64,000 nt of DNA. Origin: a virus. The stretch is taken from positions 32,001 through 96,000 of IMG/VR virus record IMGVR_UViG_3300037245_000806. The stretch is one strand, 5' to 3'. Both the position numbers and the translations under genes were made by a program. A model generated the notes under the pieces. It saw nothing but the letters and a program-made list of their open reading frames with translations. It did not search any database and was not told the origin of the DNA. Positions 1-9,758 of this stretch are shown here, one piece after another (within the stretch, counting starts at the first letter, position 1; each line of letters begins with the position of its first letter).

Positions 1-462
1 CGCAATGGGCTCTTCGAGAGTCCAATCCTCAACGTCTTCCCCGGCCTTATCCGCCTTCTCCGCACGCGCGTCGGCGATGGTATCCGGGGTGTTTTCTTCG
101 AGGTCTTCGAGAATGTTGACCGGCGTGCGCTGCATCTGGCCGCAGTACGCACACTTGTAATCGAAGTTGTAGTTGGGGCCAAACGTGATCGTCCTGAGCG
201 CCAGCATGGTCGCCATGCGGTCCGTCAGCAGCAGGTCTTCATGCTTGAAGCCGCCGGGAAGCTGGACGCAACTCTTCAGGGTGAGGTTCATCCTGTCGAG
301 GCCTTGAGCACCCTGCCCAAGCAAAAGTGCCTCCTCGGTGGCCTTGAGCTTCCTGATGCCTATGACACCATCAGGAATGCTGTCCCCGTAGAGGACGCCG
401 CGAGAAGGCAAATTTGCCGTCGTGTAACCCAATTGCTTCGTATCAGACTGTGCTTCGCCCAT
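1..462 (-). CDS. T4 gp26-like baseplate hub assembly protein (3' end runs off the window)
   Basis: Not in the ORF track. My translation: MGEAQSDTKQLGYTTANLPSRGVLY...IRKLKATEEALL...EDLLLTDRMATMLALRTITFGPNYNFDYKCAYCG. LPSRG, EE.LL, DR...L..R and CxxC pattern; directly follows the tail tube gene; AAGGGG RBS. Confidence 0.7.
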   Translation of the reverse strand, partial: MGEAQSDTKQLGYTTANLPSRGVLYGDSIPDGVIGIRKLKATEEALLLGQGAQGLDRMNLTLKSCVQLPGGFKHEDLLLTDRMATMLALRTITFGPNYNFDYKCAYCGQMQRTPVNILEDLEENTPDTIADARAEKADKAGEDVEDWTLEEPIA

Positions 463-544
463 CTTAATACCCCTTCGCTGAAAGAGGGCCTATACCAACT
501 CCGACACAATGCCGGAACACACACACATGCATCGTCTCACCTGA

Positions 545-1066
545 TTAGGCGAGGACGTTTCCGCCTGCGACCGGGATCGCCTTGTCGATGGTGAGCGTCA
601 ACGTGATGTTGATCGTGTCCTCACCCGCGAGGTCAACGTCGCCCGGATCGAAGCCCGAAGGCCAGCAACCGATGAGGTCGTACTGGCGGATGAACTCGCC
701 GTTGGGCGCGTAGAGTTCCGCCCAACCGTTCTTCGCGTACTCCCACTTGAGGCCAATCTTGCCGGTCTCAGGATCATACACGAGCTTGCGCCACGCGTGC
801 AGGATCGAGGACGTGTTCACAGGGACGTAGTCCTTGTAAAGCACGGACAGGTCGTCGAACGTCGGCAGGCCCGCGAACTTGCGCTTCTCGTTCACGTGCC
901 CAATCTCGACGATACCGTTCGTCACCTTCGGGAGAGGGAATGACGCCAGCGAGAGCGACAACTCCTCGTCACCCGGAAGATCGGCGAAGTGCAACACAGC
1001 GTTGTTTACGCGCTGCGGCTCCCAGCCCTGCGAACCGACATGGTCTGCTACAAGGGAAATCGGCAT
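545..1066 (-). CDS. Tail tube protein (T4 gp19-like)
   Basis: EPQRVNN, RKFAG, W...VYDP.TG.IG...YAK, GCWPS motifs; directly downstream of the sheath. Confidence 0.9.
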   Translation of the reverse strand: MPISLVADHVGSQGWEPQRVNNAVLHFADLPGDEELSLSLASFPLPKVTNGIVEIGHVNEKRKFAGLPTFDDLSVLYKDYVPVNTSSILHAWRKLVYDPETGKIGLKWEYAKNGWAELYAPNGEFIRQYDLIGCWPSGFDPGDVDLAGEDTINITLTLTIDKAIPVAGGNVLA

Positions 1067-1124
1067 GTGAGCCTCCCAACCTTCACCGCATCCAGAAGCC
1101 TAAAGGCTTCGCCTCATCGCGTCG

Positions 1125-3428
1125 TTACTCCGAGAATTCTACCCCGGAGGCGAAGACCGCGAAGTCCATCTCAATGCCCTCAGCGCCGGGCGTCGGCGTA
1201 AGGTAAAGCTTGCCCTTCATCGACCGCCTGCGCCGCAACGTCGGCGGGTTCGTAGTGCCGTCACACACGACCTTGAACGACTCCAAACCCCGCTGGGCCG
1301 CGATGTCCCCGAGGTGCTTGTTGCAGACCGTCTGGAACTTCTTCCACGTCGTCGGGTCATTCGGCTCGAAGACCAGATACTTCACGGACGTGGCGCAGAG
1401 CTTCTCGGCGCGCAGGAGCAAGCGGCGCACATGCACGTCGGTCAGCTGAGACCACTTCCTCTGAAGCGTCCGGTTGCCGAAGAGCGTCGGCCCCTGCCCC
1501 ACGAAGTCCACGATGGGGTTGACGCGGTTGTCGCCCGTGAAGATCGGGCACATCTCGTCGCGGTCGTCCTGCGACGGACTGTACTCGACGGCATCCGAAT
1601 CGATGATACCCCGGTTGTGTCCGGCGGCGGGGAACCATGGCGCGGCCACGCGGTCGGTGTACGCGAACCGTGCAGCGACGTAGCCGGATGTCGGCAGCCA
1701 GATGTTCTGCTTGTTGTACTCGTCGTACACACGCGACCACGACCACGTGAAGGTACCGTAACTCGTGTCGAGCGCGACGAGCGGTGCCTCCGGGTCAGTG
1801 GCGAGATCGCCGTTGTGCCAGTCAATCGCCTCGGCCTTGGTGAGCCCGAAGGGGGCGTCCACAAGGCAGATGCTGTCGAGGCGCTTTTCCGCCGTGGCAA
1901 TCATCTCGTTCACCACGTCGCGATGGCTGACGCCCGGCACCGCGAGGACGTTGAACTCGATGGACTCGTTGTTCTGCACGGCCTTGAGGCCGGTCGCAGA
2001 CGTGCCCGAGATCGTGCCGACGTAGTCGGCGGTCGTGAGGCCGGTGATACCATTGCGACCCTCAGTTGCGGGTGACGTGCCGAGTTGGTACGTGGCATTC
2101 GTCGGGGTACCATCGGTGATGACGTCCAGAGTGATGTACTCCGACGGATCGACCTCGTTCAAGATGCCTTCCTCGATGACCTTCTCGGCGTAGCGTTCTG
2201 AGGCCGGGTCGAGTACGAGGTTCACGAAACGCTCGACAATCGCGCGGGCACCACTCTTGTCCACCACGGCCTCGACGACGAGGTCGAAGGCGTCCACGGG
2301 CGCATTGAGGGCGCTCGTGTCGCTGATGATAACGGAAACGTTGTTATTCGCCCACGTCCCCGGCGTTGCCGCAACTGCGTCCATCAACGGAATGACGCCG
2401 CCCGGTATGGCGTCCACACCACCGGTCAGACCGACCGTCCCGATGTTCACGCCGTCAGTGACGAGCACTGCATTGCCGTCGATGCCGCCGGTCTTGTGCG
2501 TCACGTCCATCTGAGGAATCGTGACAGTGCCGTCCGCAACGTTCACGTCAACGCTCGTGAGCGCAATGGCGGCGATGAGGTTGGTCAGCGTCTCGGCAGC
2601 ATCCGTGCCAATGAGGACGGGCACGTTGCCGGGGAGATAGCTGGCGTTGTCGTCGAACTCGAAGGTGTACTTGTGTGTATTCGCGTAGTTCACGCTGCTG
2701 ACGTTGAACGCCTCGCCGTTGATCGCAGCGTGGAGCGCGGCCATCGCCTCGTAAGGATCGGTGATGCCCGTGATGTCCACCCACACCTCGGTGACGGGGT
2801 CAACCGTGTTGAACTCGAAGGTGGTCGGCGTCACGCCATCGGAGACAATGACTTGGTCACCAGACAGAGGCATGGCGCTGCCAATGAGCTTGAGCGTGCC
2901 GACCGCAGGATGTGTCGGGTCGCCACCGTCCATGCCAGTTGCGGCGATGCGCGCACCACCGACAGGCACCGAGAGCGCCACGTTACCGAGCGCACCGTCG
3001 TTGTCATTCTCAAGGTTAAGCTGCGGCACCGTGTCGTGGATGGTGACGGTCTCACCGTCACTCGGGTTCGTGGACGCGGTGAACGAAACGTTACCGCTGG
3101 CGTCAACTGCTGCCACGCCCGCCGAAGGCCCGTTGATCTCTACCTCAGCGCTCGCCACGCCGGTGACAGGAGTCTTGTCGGCGACACGCGTGTAGATCAG
3201 CTGGTCGCCCTCCTTGAGGTATTGAATCGCGGCCTGAAGGCCGTAGTCAGTCACGAGGGGTGCGCCGAACTTTTCGATGAGTTCCGGCTCATTGGTAACG
3301 AGCGTCGGGGTATCGACTGGCCCCTTCGTCGCGCCGCCAAGAGCACAGAAGCGCGTGAGGCCCAGCTGCGCAGCGTACTCGGAGAAGTCCAACTCATTAA
3401 CACGAACGCCTGCACTCAGGATAGCCAT
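1125..3428 (-). CDS. Contractile tail sheath protein (T4 gp18-like) with inserted domains
   Basis: N-terminal SAGVRVNELDFS and KGPVDTPTLV...ELIEKFG; C-terminal PWFPAAGHNRG, RVNPI, GNRTL, VRRLL, VFEPND. Confidence 0.95.
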   Translation of the reverse strand: MAILSAGVRVNELDFSEYAAQLGLTRFCALGGATKGPVDTPTLVTNEPELIEKFGAPLVTDYGLQAAIQYLKEGDQLIYTRVADKTPVTGVASAEVEINGPSAGVAAVDASGNVSFTASTNPSDGETVTIHDTVPQLNLENDNDGALGNVALSVPVGGARIAATGMDGGDPTHPAVGTLKLIGSAMPLSGDQVIVSDGVTPTTFEFNTVDPVTEVWVDITGITDPYEAMAALHAAINGEAFNVSSVNYANTHKYTFEFDDNASYLPGNVPVLIGTDAAETLTNLIAAIALTSVDVNVADGTVTIPQMDVTHKTGGIDGNAVLVTDGVNIGTVGLTGGVDAIPGGVIPLMDAVAATPGTWANNNVSVIISDTSALNAPVDAFDLVVEAVVDKSGARAIVERFVNLVLDPASERYAEKVIEEGILNEVDPSEYITLDVITDGTPTNATYQLGTSPATEGRNGITGLTTADYVGTISGTSATGLKAVQNNESIEFNVLAVPGVSHRDVVNEMIATAEKRLDSICLVDAPFGLTKAEAIDWHNGDLATDPEAPLVALDTSYGTFTWSWSRVYDEYNKQNIWLPTSGYVAARFAYTDRVAAPWFPAAGHNRGIIDSDAVEYSPSQDDRDEMCPIFTGDNRVNPIVDFVGQGPTLFGNRTLQRKWSQLTDVHVRRLLLRAEKLCATSVKYLVFEPNDPTTWKKFQTVCNKHLGDIAAQRGLESFKVVCDGTTNPPTLRRRRSMKGKLYLTPTPGAEGIEMDFAVFASGVEFSE

Positions 3429-3497
3429 CGGTCACCAACCTTCTTTCACATTAGCCGCCGAACCACGTCCGGTAGCCAACCCTCCGATGCGCCCCTG

Positions 3498-3695
3498 TTA
3501 CGCAGGGCGGATTTTGATGTGATGCCGGTCAGCGAGGTGCTTCGTGCGCTTCGTCTGACAGGATGCATCCACCGGTCCATGCTTGCCGCGTGGCCCAAGG
3601 TTTACCGTCTCATCCTCGCCTGCCGCGTTGCGGAGCACGAGCTTGACGGACTGATTGAGCTTGTTATGGATTGTTATCATGTCGGCCACGGTCAA
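3498..3695 (-). CDS. Small basic hypothetical protein upstream of the sheath
   Basis: 65-aa ORF with AAGGAAGG RBS inside the structural operon. Confidence 0.6.
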   Translation of the reverse strand: MTVADMITIHNKLNQSVKLVLRNAAGEDETVNLGPRGKHGPVDASCQTKRTKHLADRHHIKIRPA

Positions 3696-3721
3696 CCCAA
3701 CCTTCCTTGCAGATACGCCGC

Positions 3722-5269
3722 CTATATTGAATGGCCCCGATAGGGACCGTCAAACCTTTGAATATAGACCGCAGAAAGCGCGGTTGTCTTCGGAACGCGC
3801 AGCGCGAGGGTATCGCCCTTCGGTTGCACGAGGAAGACAGCGCCCACGTTCACGGAGGAATCTACAACACGCTGCGCCGAGTAGGCGGGGGCGGCAGCAT
3901 CATCCTCAACCGTGACAATGTTGGGGCCACCGGTAGTGGCCGAAACGACAATTATGCACAGCCATGGTTCCCGTGCAAGTGAAAACCACTCATATTTTAT
4001 CTCCTCGCCGAGGTCAGTTTGGGCGTCGGGAGCGACCTTTGTTTGCTCATATACCCGGCGAACCTCGATTGCAGACACGAGCACGTCCTGCGCGGCCTGA
4101 TTACCGATGCCAGCGATGCGCGCGATATAAGAATCTTCATCGACAACGCTGAAGTAATGTACCTTCTGCCACAGGTCGCTCGCGGGAAGGATCAAACTGT
4201 CAGCGCTTGACAGTGTGTCAACATCGAACTTGCGCTGCACGACTTCGAGTTCAACCCGTCCTGACGCCGTATACTGGAATGACGTGGCGAAGACGTTAAG
4301 GCCGTCGTCATCGAGAAGCGTTGGGCTCTCGATCAATGGCACCTTGTCTGCCTGAACTGCCACGCCTATACGCAGGGTCAATGGCACGCCGCCAGCAAAG
4401 GCGTCCTTGGGGAACTCAACACTCGCTTTTACCGTAGCGTCACCCTCGACAGGCCACAACTCTGAGAAGCGGTTCTCAGGGAACTTGACGCGAAAGAGGT
4501 TCCACGACTGCACTGAAAGGTCAGCGGTGTCCAGAAGCACCCCGTCGTCGCCTACCTCCGCGTATACATCAGTGCCACCAACCTCGACAGGGTATCCGCC
4601 TTCAGTCGAGGGCTTGAACACCCACGTGCGCAGACTGAACGTGTATTCCTTGCGCATGTACCGCGCGCCTTCGCCTTCGAGGTCGGAAAGGTCACTGCTG
4701 CCGGTCATCTTGAGGGAATGCATGATCTCACCGAACGGCTCTTTGTGAACCACGGGGATGAAGAGTTCGTTCTCAGCGGCTCCGCGATTCCCGAGCTGTC
4801 CGTATATCCATTCGCGCATATAGACTTCGGTATACTTCTTGATGCACCACAGGGTGACGCGGTAATCAGTGCGGTAGTGCGACGGGAATGGATGCCGCTC
4901 ATACTGCCCGGTCGCCTCATTGAAATACTTGGTCCTGAACTCCTTCGTCGGCGAACCGGGAAGCTCAGGATCGAGGACCGGCTCATCGCGTTCCAGCGTG
5001 GCGATGGGGAGGGGAAGTATCGTGAAGTCCTTCTTCGCCTCTTTGCGCATCTCTTCCGCGTCGGCACCCTTTACAAAATCCAGCCCCACGAGGAGGTCAA
5101 CCACGGTCGCATACGCGCGTTGAGGGGTGCTGTACACACGCAAGATAGGGAACTGCGGCTTGGCCTCACCACCGAGATCGCCGTAATCGACAAGAAGCCC
5201 GCTAATCCAGTTGTAGAAGGCCACGTCGTGGACCCGCATGCTGTCTTCAAATGTCTCAGGGACCGCCAT
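3722..5269 (-). CDS. Putative tail terminator/completion protein (gp15-like) with a long beta-rich C-terminal extension
   Basis: Lies between neck and sheath genes; ILPLPIATL, P....TDYRVTLW and R.EYTFSLRTW pattern. Confidence 0.6.
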   Translation of the reverse strand: MAVPETFEDSMRVHDVAFYNWISGLLVDYGDLGGEAKPQFPILRVYSTPQRAYATVVDLLVGLDFVKGADAEEMRKEAKKDFTILPLPIATLERDEPVLDPELPGSPTKEFRTKYFNEATGQYERHPFPSHYRTDYRVTLWCIKKYTEVYMREWIYGQLGNRGAAENELFIPVVHKEPFGEIMHSLKMTGSSDLSDLEGEGARYMRKEYTFSLRTWVFKPSTEGGYPVEVGGTDVYAEVGDDGVLLDTADLSVQSWNLFRVKFPENRFSELWPVEGDATVKASVEFPKDAFAGGVPLTLRIGVAVQADKVPLIESPTLLDDDGLNVFATSFQYTASGRVELEVVQRKFDVDTLSSADSLILPASDLWQKVHYFSVVDEDSYIARIAGIGNQAAQDVLVSAIEVRRVYEQTKVAPDAQTDLGEEIKYEWFSLAREPWLCIIVVSATTGGPNIVTVEDDAAAPAYSAQRVVDSSVNVGAVFLVQPKGDTLALRVPKTTALSAVYIQRFDGPYRGHSI

Positions 5270-5271
5270 GG

Positions 5272-5694
5272 TTACGCGCGTCCGTTTCCATTCAGTATGT
5301 TCTTGACAAGAACGATGTCAAAACCCTGATCCTTCAGCCATGCGTAGAAGGTACTCACTTCGAGTCGCGGCTCGTCGAGACCGAACGGCTTTATCAGCCC
5401 TTCGGGGTCACCGAAGACTTTCTGGTCGAGGAACACGCGCCCGTAAAGATGCCCGTCCTTCTGCTCGTCGTCGATATGTATCAGGATATTCTTGCCACCC
5501 AGCAGGACCACAAGACAATGCTTCGCCTTGCTAACGAGTGTCTTTGGGATGTCTGCACGGTCGATACCTTCGAGGACAACGGTCTTCTTCACGGATATCC
5601 CGAAGCCGAGGTCAATGTCAACTTCAACGCAATTGACAGAGCGCACACGGAACGTGCGCCCACGATAAAGACGTGTCGGAAGCACCGTGTTCAT
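5272..5694 (-). CDS. Thermonuclease (SNase)-fold protein with a degenerate active site
   Basis: VEVDIDLGFG...V.LEGID and YGRV match the phage SNase-like pattern, but the DGDT motif reads SVNC. Confidence 0.65.
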   Translation of the reverse strand: MNTVLPTRLYRGRTFRVRSVNCVEVDIDLGFGISVKKTVVLEGIDRADIPKTLVSKAKHCLVVLLGGKNILIHIDDEQKDGHLYGRVFLDQKVFGDPEGLIKPFGLDEPRLEVSTFYAWLKDQGFDIVLVKNILNGNGRA

Positions 5695-6266
5695 GCTCCG
5701 TGCCTCCTGTGTTCACAGTTGATTGCCATGTACAGCCTCACGTTCGTGTTCTTCCAATAGCCCACACGGTCGATCTGAAGGAAGGTGTACTCGTCACCGT
5801 CCCATGACACGTAGTCACCCTGCTGCATCGTAACCCCCGCCTTGTCGAGGAGCGTGAGCGGGATGAAAAGCAGGAGGTCACGTATCTTGTCGAATCCGTA
5901 CTTCTTCAATTCAAGCTCATGTGCCTCACGCTGAACACGGAAGTTAAGCTTCACGGGGTCGCGGAAAAGCTCCGTGTCCGCAGCGTCCGCAACGCCATCG
6001 CCGTGGGGTTGCTTCCACCCCGTTACCGCCATGCTCTCCGGTACCGACTCGCCCCACACGGGGTCAAACTGCGTATTGCCCGGCTCGCCGGTTGGCTGGT
6101 CGGGGTCAGTCATGGGCGTCGTGGCTTTCTTGAGCCCGTAGTAATCAAGCTCTGGGAAGTGCCGAAGCCACTTGGACTCGATCTGCCGCAACACGTTGAC
6201 AATATCTTTGCCATAGGCCTTGGGCCATGTGGCAGAGATCAACGGGTCAGGTGGAAGATAGCTCAT
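5691..6266 (-). CDS. Head closure/neck protein (gp14-like)
   Basis: DPVWGE, F.DPV.L, L.KYGFD..RDL.LFI and GD.V.WDG motifs; position in the neck block. Confidence 0.7.
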   Translation of the reverse strand: MSYLPPDPLISATWPKAYGKDIVNVLRQIESKWLRHFPELDYYGLKKATTPMTDPDQPTGEPGNTQFDPVWGESVPESMAVTGWKQPHGDGVADAADTELFRDPVKLNFRVQREAHELELKKYGFDKIRDLLLFIPLTLLDKAGVTMQQGDYVSWDGDEYTFLQIDRVGYWKNTNVRLYMAINCEHRRHGA

Positions 6267-6805
6267 TTGAACACCGCCGGGAACCTCTTCTTCATGCGAG
6301 TGCGCACGCGCTTCATCACACGCTTGCGCACTCCGGGGGCCTGCCCTCGCATCACGTCATAATAGGGCTTCCAGTGCCTGCGCCTTGGAATGTGCATCTT
6401 GACCGACCCGTATTCGTGTACGCGGGCCAGCTTCCACAGCGGATACGGAACCTTCTTGCCCTTACTGTTCTGAGCCATCGTCAGCCGGTCGAAGCCCACA
6501 CGGAACCGCATGCGATACTTCGACTGATGCTCGCGGAAGACCTGTATCGAATCAAGGTAGTGACGCGTGCGAATCATCACGCGCGGGTCGAGTCCTGCCT
6601 TGATCTTCGCGGCCCTGTACTCCGGGTTGAGGGGTGCGGCGTTGAAGTCCTCGAAGCCCTGTCGCTTGACACGATTGACAAAGCCTACCCGCGAGCTATC
6701 CGCGAAGCTTGACACCTCCGCTTCCGTCTCCTGCACAGCAACTTCAGCCAGCACCGTCACAATGCGACGGAAATTCGGTATGTGCGGTTTCTTCGGCCCA
6801 CCCAC
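6263..6805 (-). CDS. Virion morphogenesis protein (HK97 gp10/Mu gpG-like, basic)
   Basis: APL...Y...K, MIRT..Y.DSI and LARVHEYGS...IP.R.HWKP motifs. Confidence 0.7.
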   Translation of the reverse strand: MGGPKKPHIPNFRRIVTVLAEVAVQETEAEVSSFADSSRVGFVNRVKRQGFEDFNAAPLNPEYRAAKIKAGLDPRVMIRTRHYLDSIQVFREHQSKYRMRFRVGFDRLTMAQNSKGKKVPYPLWKLARVHEYGSVKMHIPRRRHWKPYYDVMRGQAPGVRKRVMKRVRTRMKKRFPAVFK

Positions 6806-6815
6806 AGCGCACCTC

Positions 6816-6830
6816 GTAACACAGTGTTAC
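6816..6830. promoter_or_regulatory. Palindromic operator-like site GTAACACAGTGTTAC (copy 1)
   Basis: Perfect inverted repeat around one base; overlaps the gp13-like stop codon and abuts the next GAGG RBS. Confidence 0.75.
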
Positions 6831-7591
6831 CCAATAATCGGGTTGATGGGGACCATTCGCAGCTTGATCTCCTCGATCAGCTTCTCCTGATCCGTGCGAC
6901 CCTCCTCCTGAAGCTCAGCGTAGTCATTGTCCTCAACGCTGCCGTCAGGCATGTTGACGCCGTGGTACTTGCCACGAATGCGCCCGAGTATCTGCTTCAC
7001 GAGCGCGGTGACGAACTGCAATATCCAATCCACGTCGCCATTCGGGACGAACTGCATCCCGGTGTCCTTGTCGTTGTCAGGCGTCACGTGCCACGTGTAC
7101 GTGTAAGAGCACAGGTAATTCACGTTCGGCGAAACGTCGAGGAAGAGGTACAGCTTGTTGTCGCGCTCCCACTCGACGTGGAACTCGGGCTCTGAACTCG
7201 TCACCTGCCGCGCCTGTTCGAGGTAATCCAGCTGCTGCGCGAAGGCACCGTATGTGTCCCCGGAGCCTAGCAGCTGCCCGAATCGATATGAGTACGGGTT
7301 AAATGGATCGATGTCGCCTGTGTGGACGGTCGCGTTGACGAACTGAACGCGCGTGATCCCAGCGATACCCGCGTGATCGATGGGGCCATACTTCTTCTGC
7401 GCGGAAGTAATCGGGATGGCTTGGTTGGCGTGCTGAGGCCTGTAGCGATTGTATTCGCCAATGGCCTCGTCTAGACAGGAAAGCACGTCCTCATCGTCGG
7501 TCTCGACGTCAACGCCCGTGCAACTGGACGCGCCGAGCCGACGATTCACATGCTCCGTTATCTTGGACCGCTTGAGTCGATTGTTCGGCAC
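6827..7591 (-). CDS. Head-tail adaptor/neck protein (gp13-like)
   Basis: RRLG....VDVE, CLDEA...Y, W...FV.AL.K..LG.IRGKY, L..EG..D..KL.EE, P..G C-terminus. Confidence 0.85.
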   Translation of the reverse strand: MPNNRLKRSKITEHVNRRLGASSCTGVDVETDDEDVLSCLDEAIGEYNRYRPQHANQAIPITSAQKKYGPIDHAGIAGITRVQFVNATVHTGDIDPFNPYSYRFGQLLGSGDTYGAFAQQLDYLEQARQVTSSEPEFHVEWERDNKLYLFLDVSPNVNYLCSYTYTWHVTPDNDKDTGMQFVPNGDVDWILQFVTALVKQILGRIRGKYHGVNMPDGSVEDNDYAELQEEGRTDQEKLIEEIKLRMVPINPIIG

Positions 7592-7627
7592 AGTACACCT
7601 CCCGGTTAGCCGTCAGCGGGAAGCGCC

Positions 7628-8101
7628 CTACGCCTCGGGGTCGCCCTCGCCACCCTCGCCCGCAGCGGCTTCCTCAATATCGGCGATGCGCTTCTCGATG
7701 GCGTCGAGTGCGCCCTTGCGGGCTTCACCCTCAAGCTCGATGGAGAGCCACGAGTTGAGTTCCTCGACGTCGTCCATCTTGGCGACCATCTCCTTGATGA
7801 GAGGGATGGTGTAGTCGCTCACCGTCTCGACTTCGGGAGCGCCAGAGCCGCCGTCACCTGTGCCTTTACCATCCGCTTCACCCTTGTCAGAAGCCTCCGG
7901 GGCAGGCTTGGCTTCTTGGGGACAGGGAAACAAGGGGCCTTGCGAGCTGACGAACTGCTCGTAGTGCGCTCCCGTCACGGAGTAGATGCCATCGCCACCG
8001 GCCTTGCGCTTCTCCCATGGGGCAACTCTGACAGGACGCCGCTCTTCATTGAATATCTGGACGGGAGCGTCTTGCAGGTTGACGAACACTTGGTCCGACA
8101 T
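7628..8101 (-). CDS. Capsid-associated hypothetical protein with a C-terminal helical E...RKG.L.AI domain
   Basis: Follows the major capsid gene; start moved to MSDQ (AAAGGGG RBS). Confidence 0.65.
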   Translation of the reverse strand: MSDQVFVNLQDAPVQIFNEERRPVRVAPWEKRKAGGDGIYSVTGAHYEQFVSSQGPLFPCPQEAKPAPEASDKGEADGKGTGDGGSGAPEVETVSDYTIPLIKEMVAKMDDVEELNSWLSIELEGEARKGALDAIEKRIADIEEAAAGEGGEGDPEA

Positions 8102-8179
8102 GGTAAGACCCCTTTCACAGACTGCCGATAGCAGTTGTCCTCGACTTGACAACCCTCACATCAGAGGGTCGCCAAGGCG

Positions 8180-8201
8180 AGGGGGTGGTTTCCCACCCCC
8201 T
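8180..8201 (-). terminator. GC-rich hairpin downstream of the major capsid gene
   Basis: AGGGGGTGG-GAAA-CCACCCCCT on the minus strand; 9-bp stem with a GNRA loop; no clear U-tract. Confidence 0.55.
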
Positions 8202-8218
8202 GCCAAGGAACGCGGAGC

Positions 8219-9730
8219 TTACACTCCGAGGTCGATCCTGACGTACATCAGGTTGTTGACCATCTTGGTGGCGTACCGGGACGCCATGCCCTTCTGCGTG
8301 ATGAAGTCCGCAGTCTGCAAGGACTCGGTGCTGTAGAGCAGCTGGTACGGGCTCCACACCATCCCGGCCTCGAAGAACTGCGAGCCCTTGAAGCCCATGA
8401 GGATGTTGCCGTAATCCGAGGCACCGACTTCCTTGTCGAGGTGCAAGTCCTTGTAGACCCTGTACTTCTTCAGGAGCGTCCCGATGAAGTGCAGACCCTG
8501 CACGTTCGACGGGCGAGGTGCCGCGACGAACATGCCCTGAGGGAGCGACTCGATGACGTTCGACGCGCCCTCATCGACGACCAGCCAGTTGCCGTAGCCC
8601 TTCTGCGTCCGTGCCCAGATGCGGTTGGACGCCTGATGGAGGACATAGCCGATGTCCTTGAAGTGGTCCTGCTGGTTGTATCCGGGCGTCGAGGGCGGCG
8701 TGATGGGGAACGACGCGACGACCGGCGCGACGACCCACATCTCGTGGATGATCTGCCGGGCGATCTCGAAGTTCATCTGCTCTGCCGCGCCGGAAACGAG
8801 GTTGGGCTCAAGGCTCACCCCGAACTCGGCCATGATGTCCTGCATGGACTCCATGCTGTAGTTGATGAGGATCGCACGACGCTCTGTCTCGACGGTGGAG
8901 GTGATAATCTGCACGTCCACCTGAGGCGTGAGCTTCGACCCTTCCGAGTCCCAGCGGTACGTTGCGGTCGCCGGGGTCGTGGTGAAGGTCGTCGTGTCGA
9001 TGACGATCTCCCAGACGCCGGTCTTGTAGTCGATGACGCTGGACACGATGGAGAAGCCAGTGCCGCCGGAAAGAATGAAGGCACCCTGCGAGTTGTCATT
9101 GAACGTGACAGTTGCAGCACCTGCGGTGATCTGTGCGGTGAGCTTCACGGTGCCGGGGCGAACGCCGCCGCCGTCGTGCTGCTTGAGCGTGCCACCGATG
9201 GTCGTGCCAGCGCTGCCGAGCGTGGCGACGGTCTCGATGTCGATGACTTCGTTGGAGAAGTTGAAGCCAGCGTCCTGCTTACCGGTCTGCGCGTCGAAGA
9301 GGCGCATGCCCTGATGGTACGAGCCCTTGCCCTTGCCGACGATCCAGTTCCAGTACACGATGGTCGCGTTCCGGCGAGTCGTGGGCTGGACCGACACGAG
9401 GTCGTTGATCGGGTTCGTCGGGAAGGCGGCGCGGATGATGGGGAAGATGTAGTCGGAGAAGCCGCCGACCATTGCGGAGCGGGTGACCTCGTCGATCACG
9501 AACCGACCCTGAGGGTCGAGCCTCTTCCGGCACTTCGTCGCCATCCAGCGCTTCGCGTTTTCGAGCATCAGCGCCGTCTGCGAACGCAGGTTGTCGTCGG
9601 GGATGCGGAGGTCCGCGTCGTCGGACTCGGAGAAATACTCCTGCCAACCGCCCTCTGCTTCCGGCGTATCCGCGAGGCGAAGACCCGCCTCGATCATGCC
9701 CTCGTAAAGTCCGTCATTTCCCAGAATCAT
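8219..9730 (-). CDS. Major capsid protein (T4 gp23-like)
   Basis: TALMLEN, FPIIR..FP....DLVSVQP, E.MQD...FG, EI.RQII, GNWLV, LMGFKG.....AG.V.SPY and G.ASRY motifs. Confidence 0.96.
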   Translation of the reverse strand: MILGNDGLYEGMIEAGLRLADTPEAEGGWQEYFSESDDADLRIPDDNLRSQTALMLENAKRWMATKCRKRLDPQGRFVIDEVTRSAMVGGFSDYIFPIIRAAFPTNPINDLVSVQPTTRRNATIVYWNWIVGKGKGSYHQGMRLFDAQTGKQDAGFNFSNEVIDIETVATLGSAGTTIGGTLKQHDGGGVRPGTVKLTAQITAGAATVTFNDNSQGAFILSGGTGFSIVSSVIDYKTGVWEIVIDTTTFTTTPATATYRWDSEGSKLTPQVDVQIITSTVETERRAILINYSMESMQDIMAEFGVSLEPNLVSGAAEQMNFEIARQIIHEMWVVAPVVASFPITPPSTPGYNQQDHFKDIGYVLHQASNRIWARTQKGYGNWLVVDEGASNVIESLPQGMFVAAPRPSNVQGLHFIGTLLKKYRVYKDLHLDKEVGASDYGNILMGFKGSQFFEAGMVWSPYQLLYSTESLQTADFITQKGMASRYATKMVNNLMYVRIDLGV

Positions 9731-9758
9731 AGCCTAACTCCCTTTTCCTTGACGTTTC

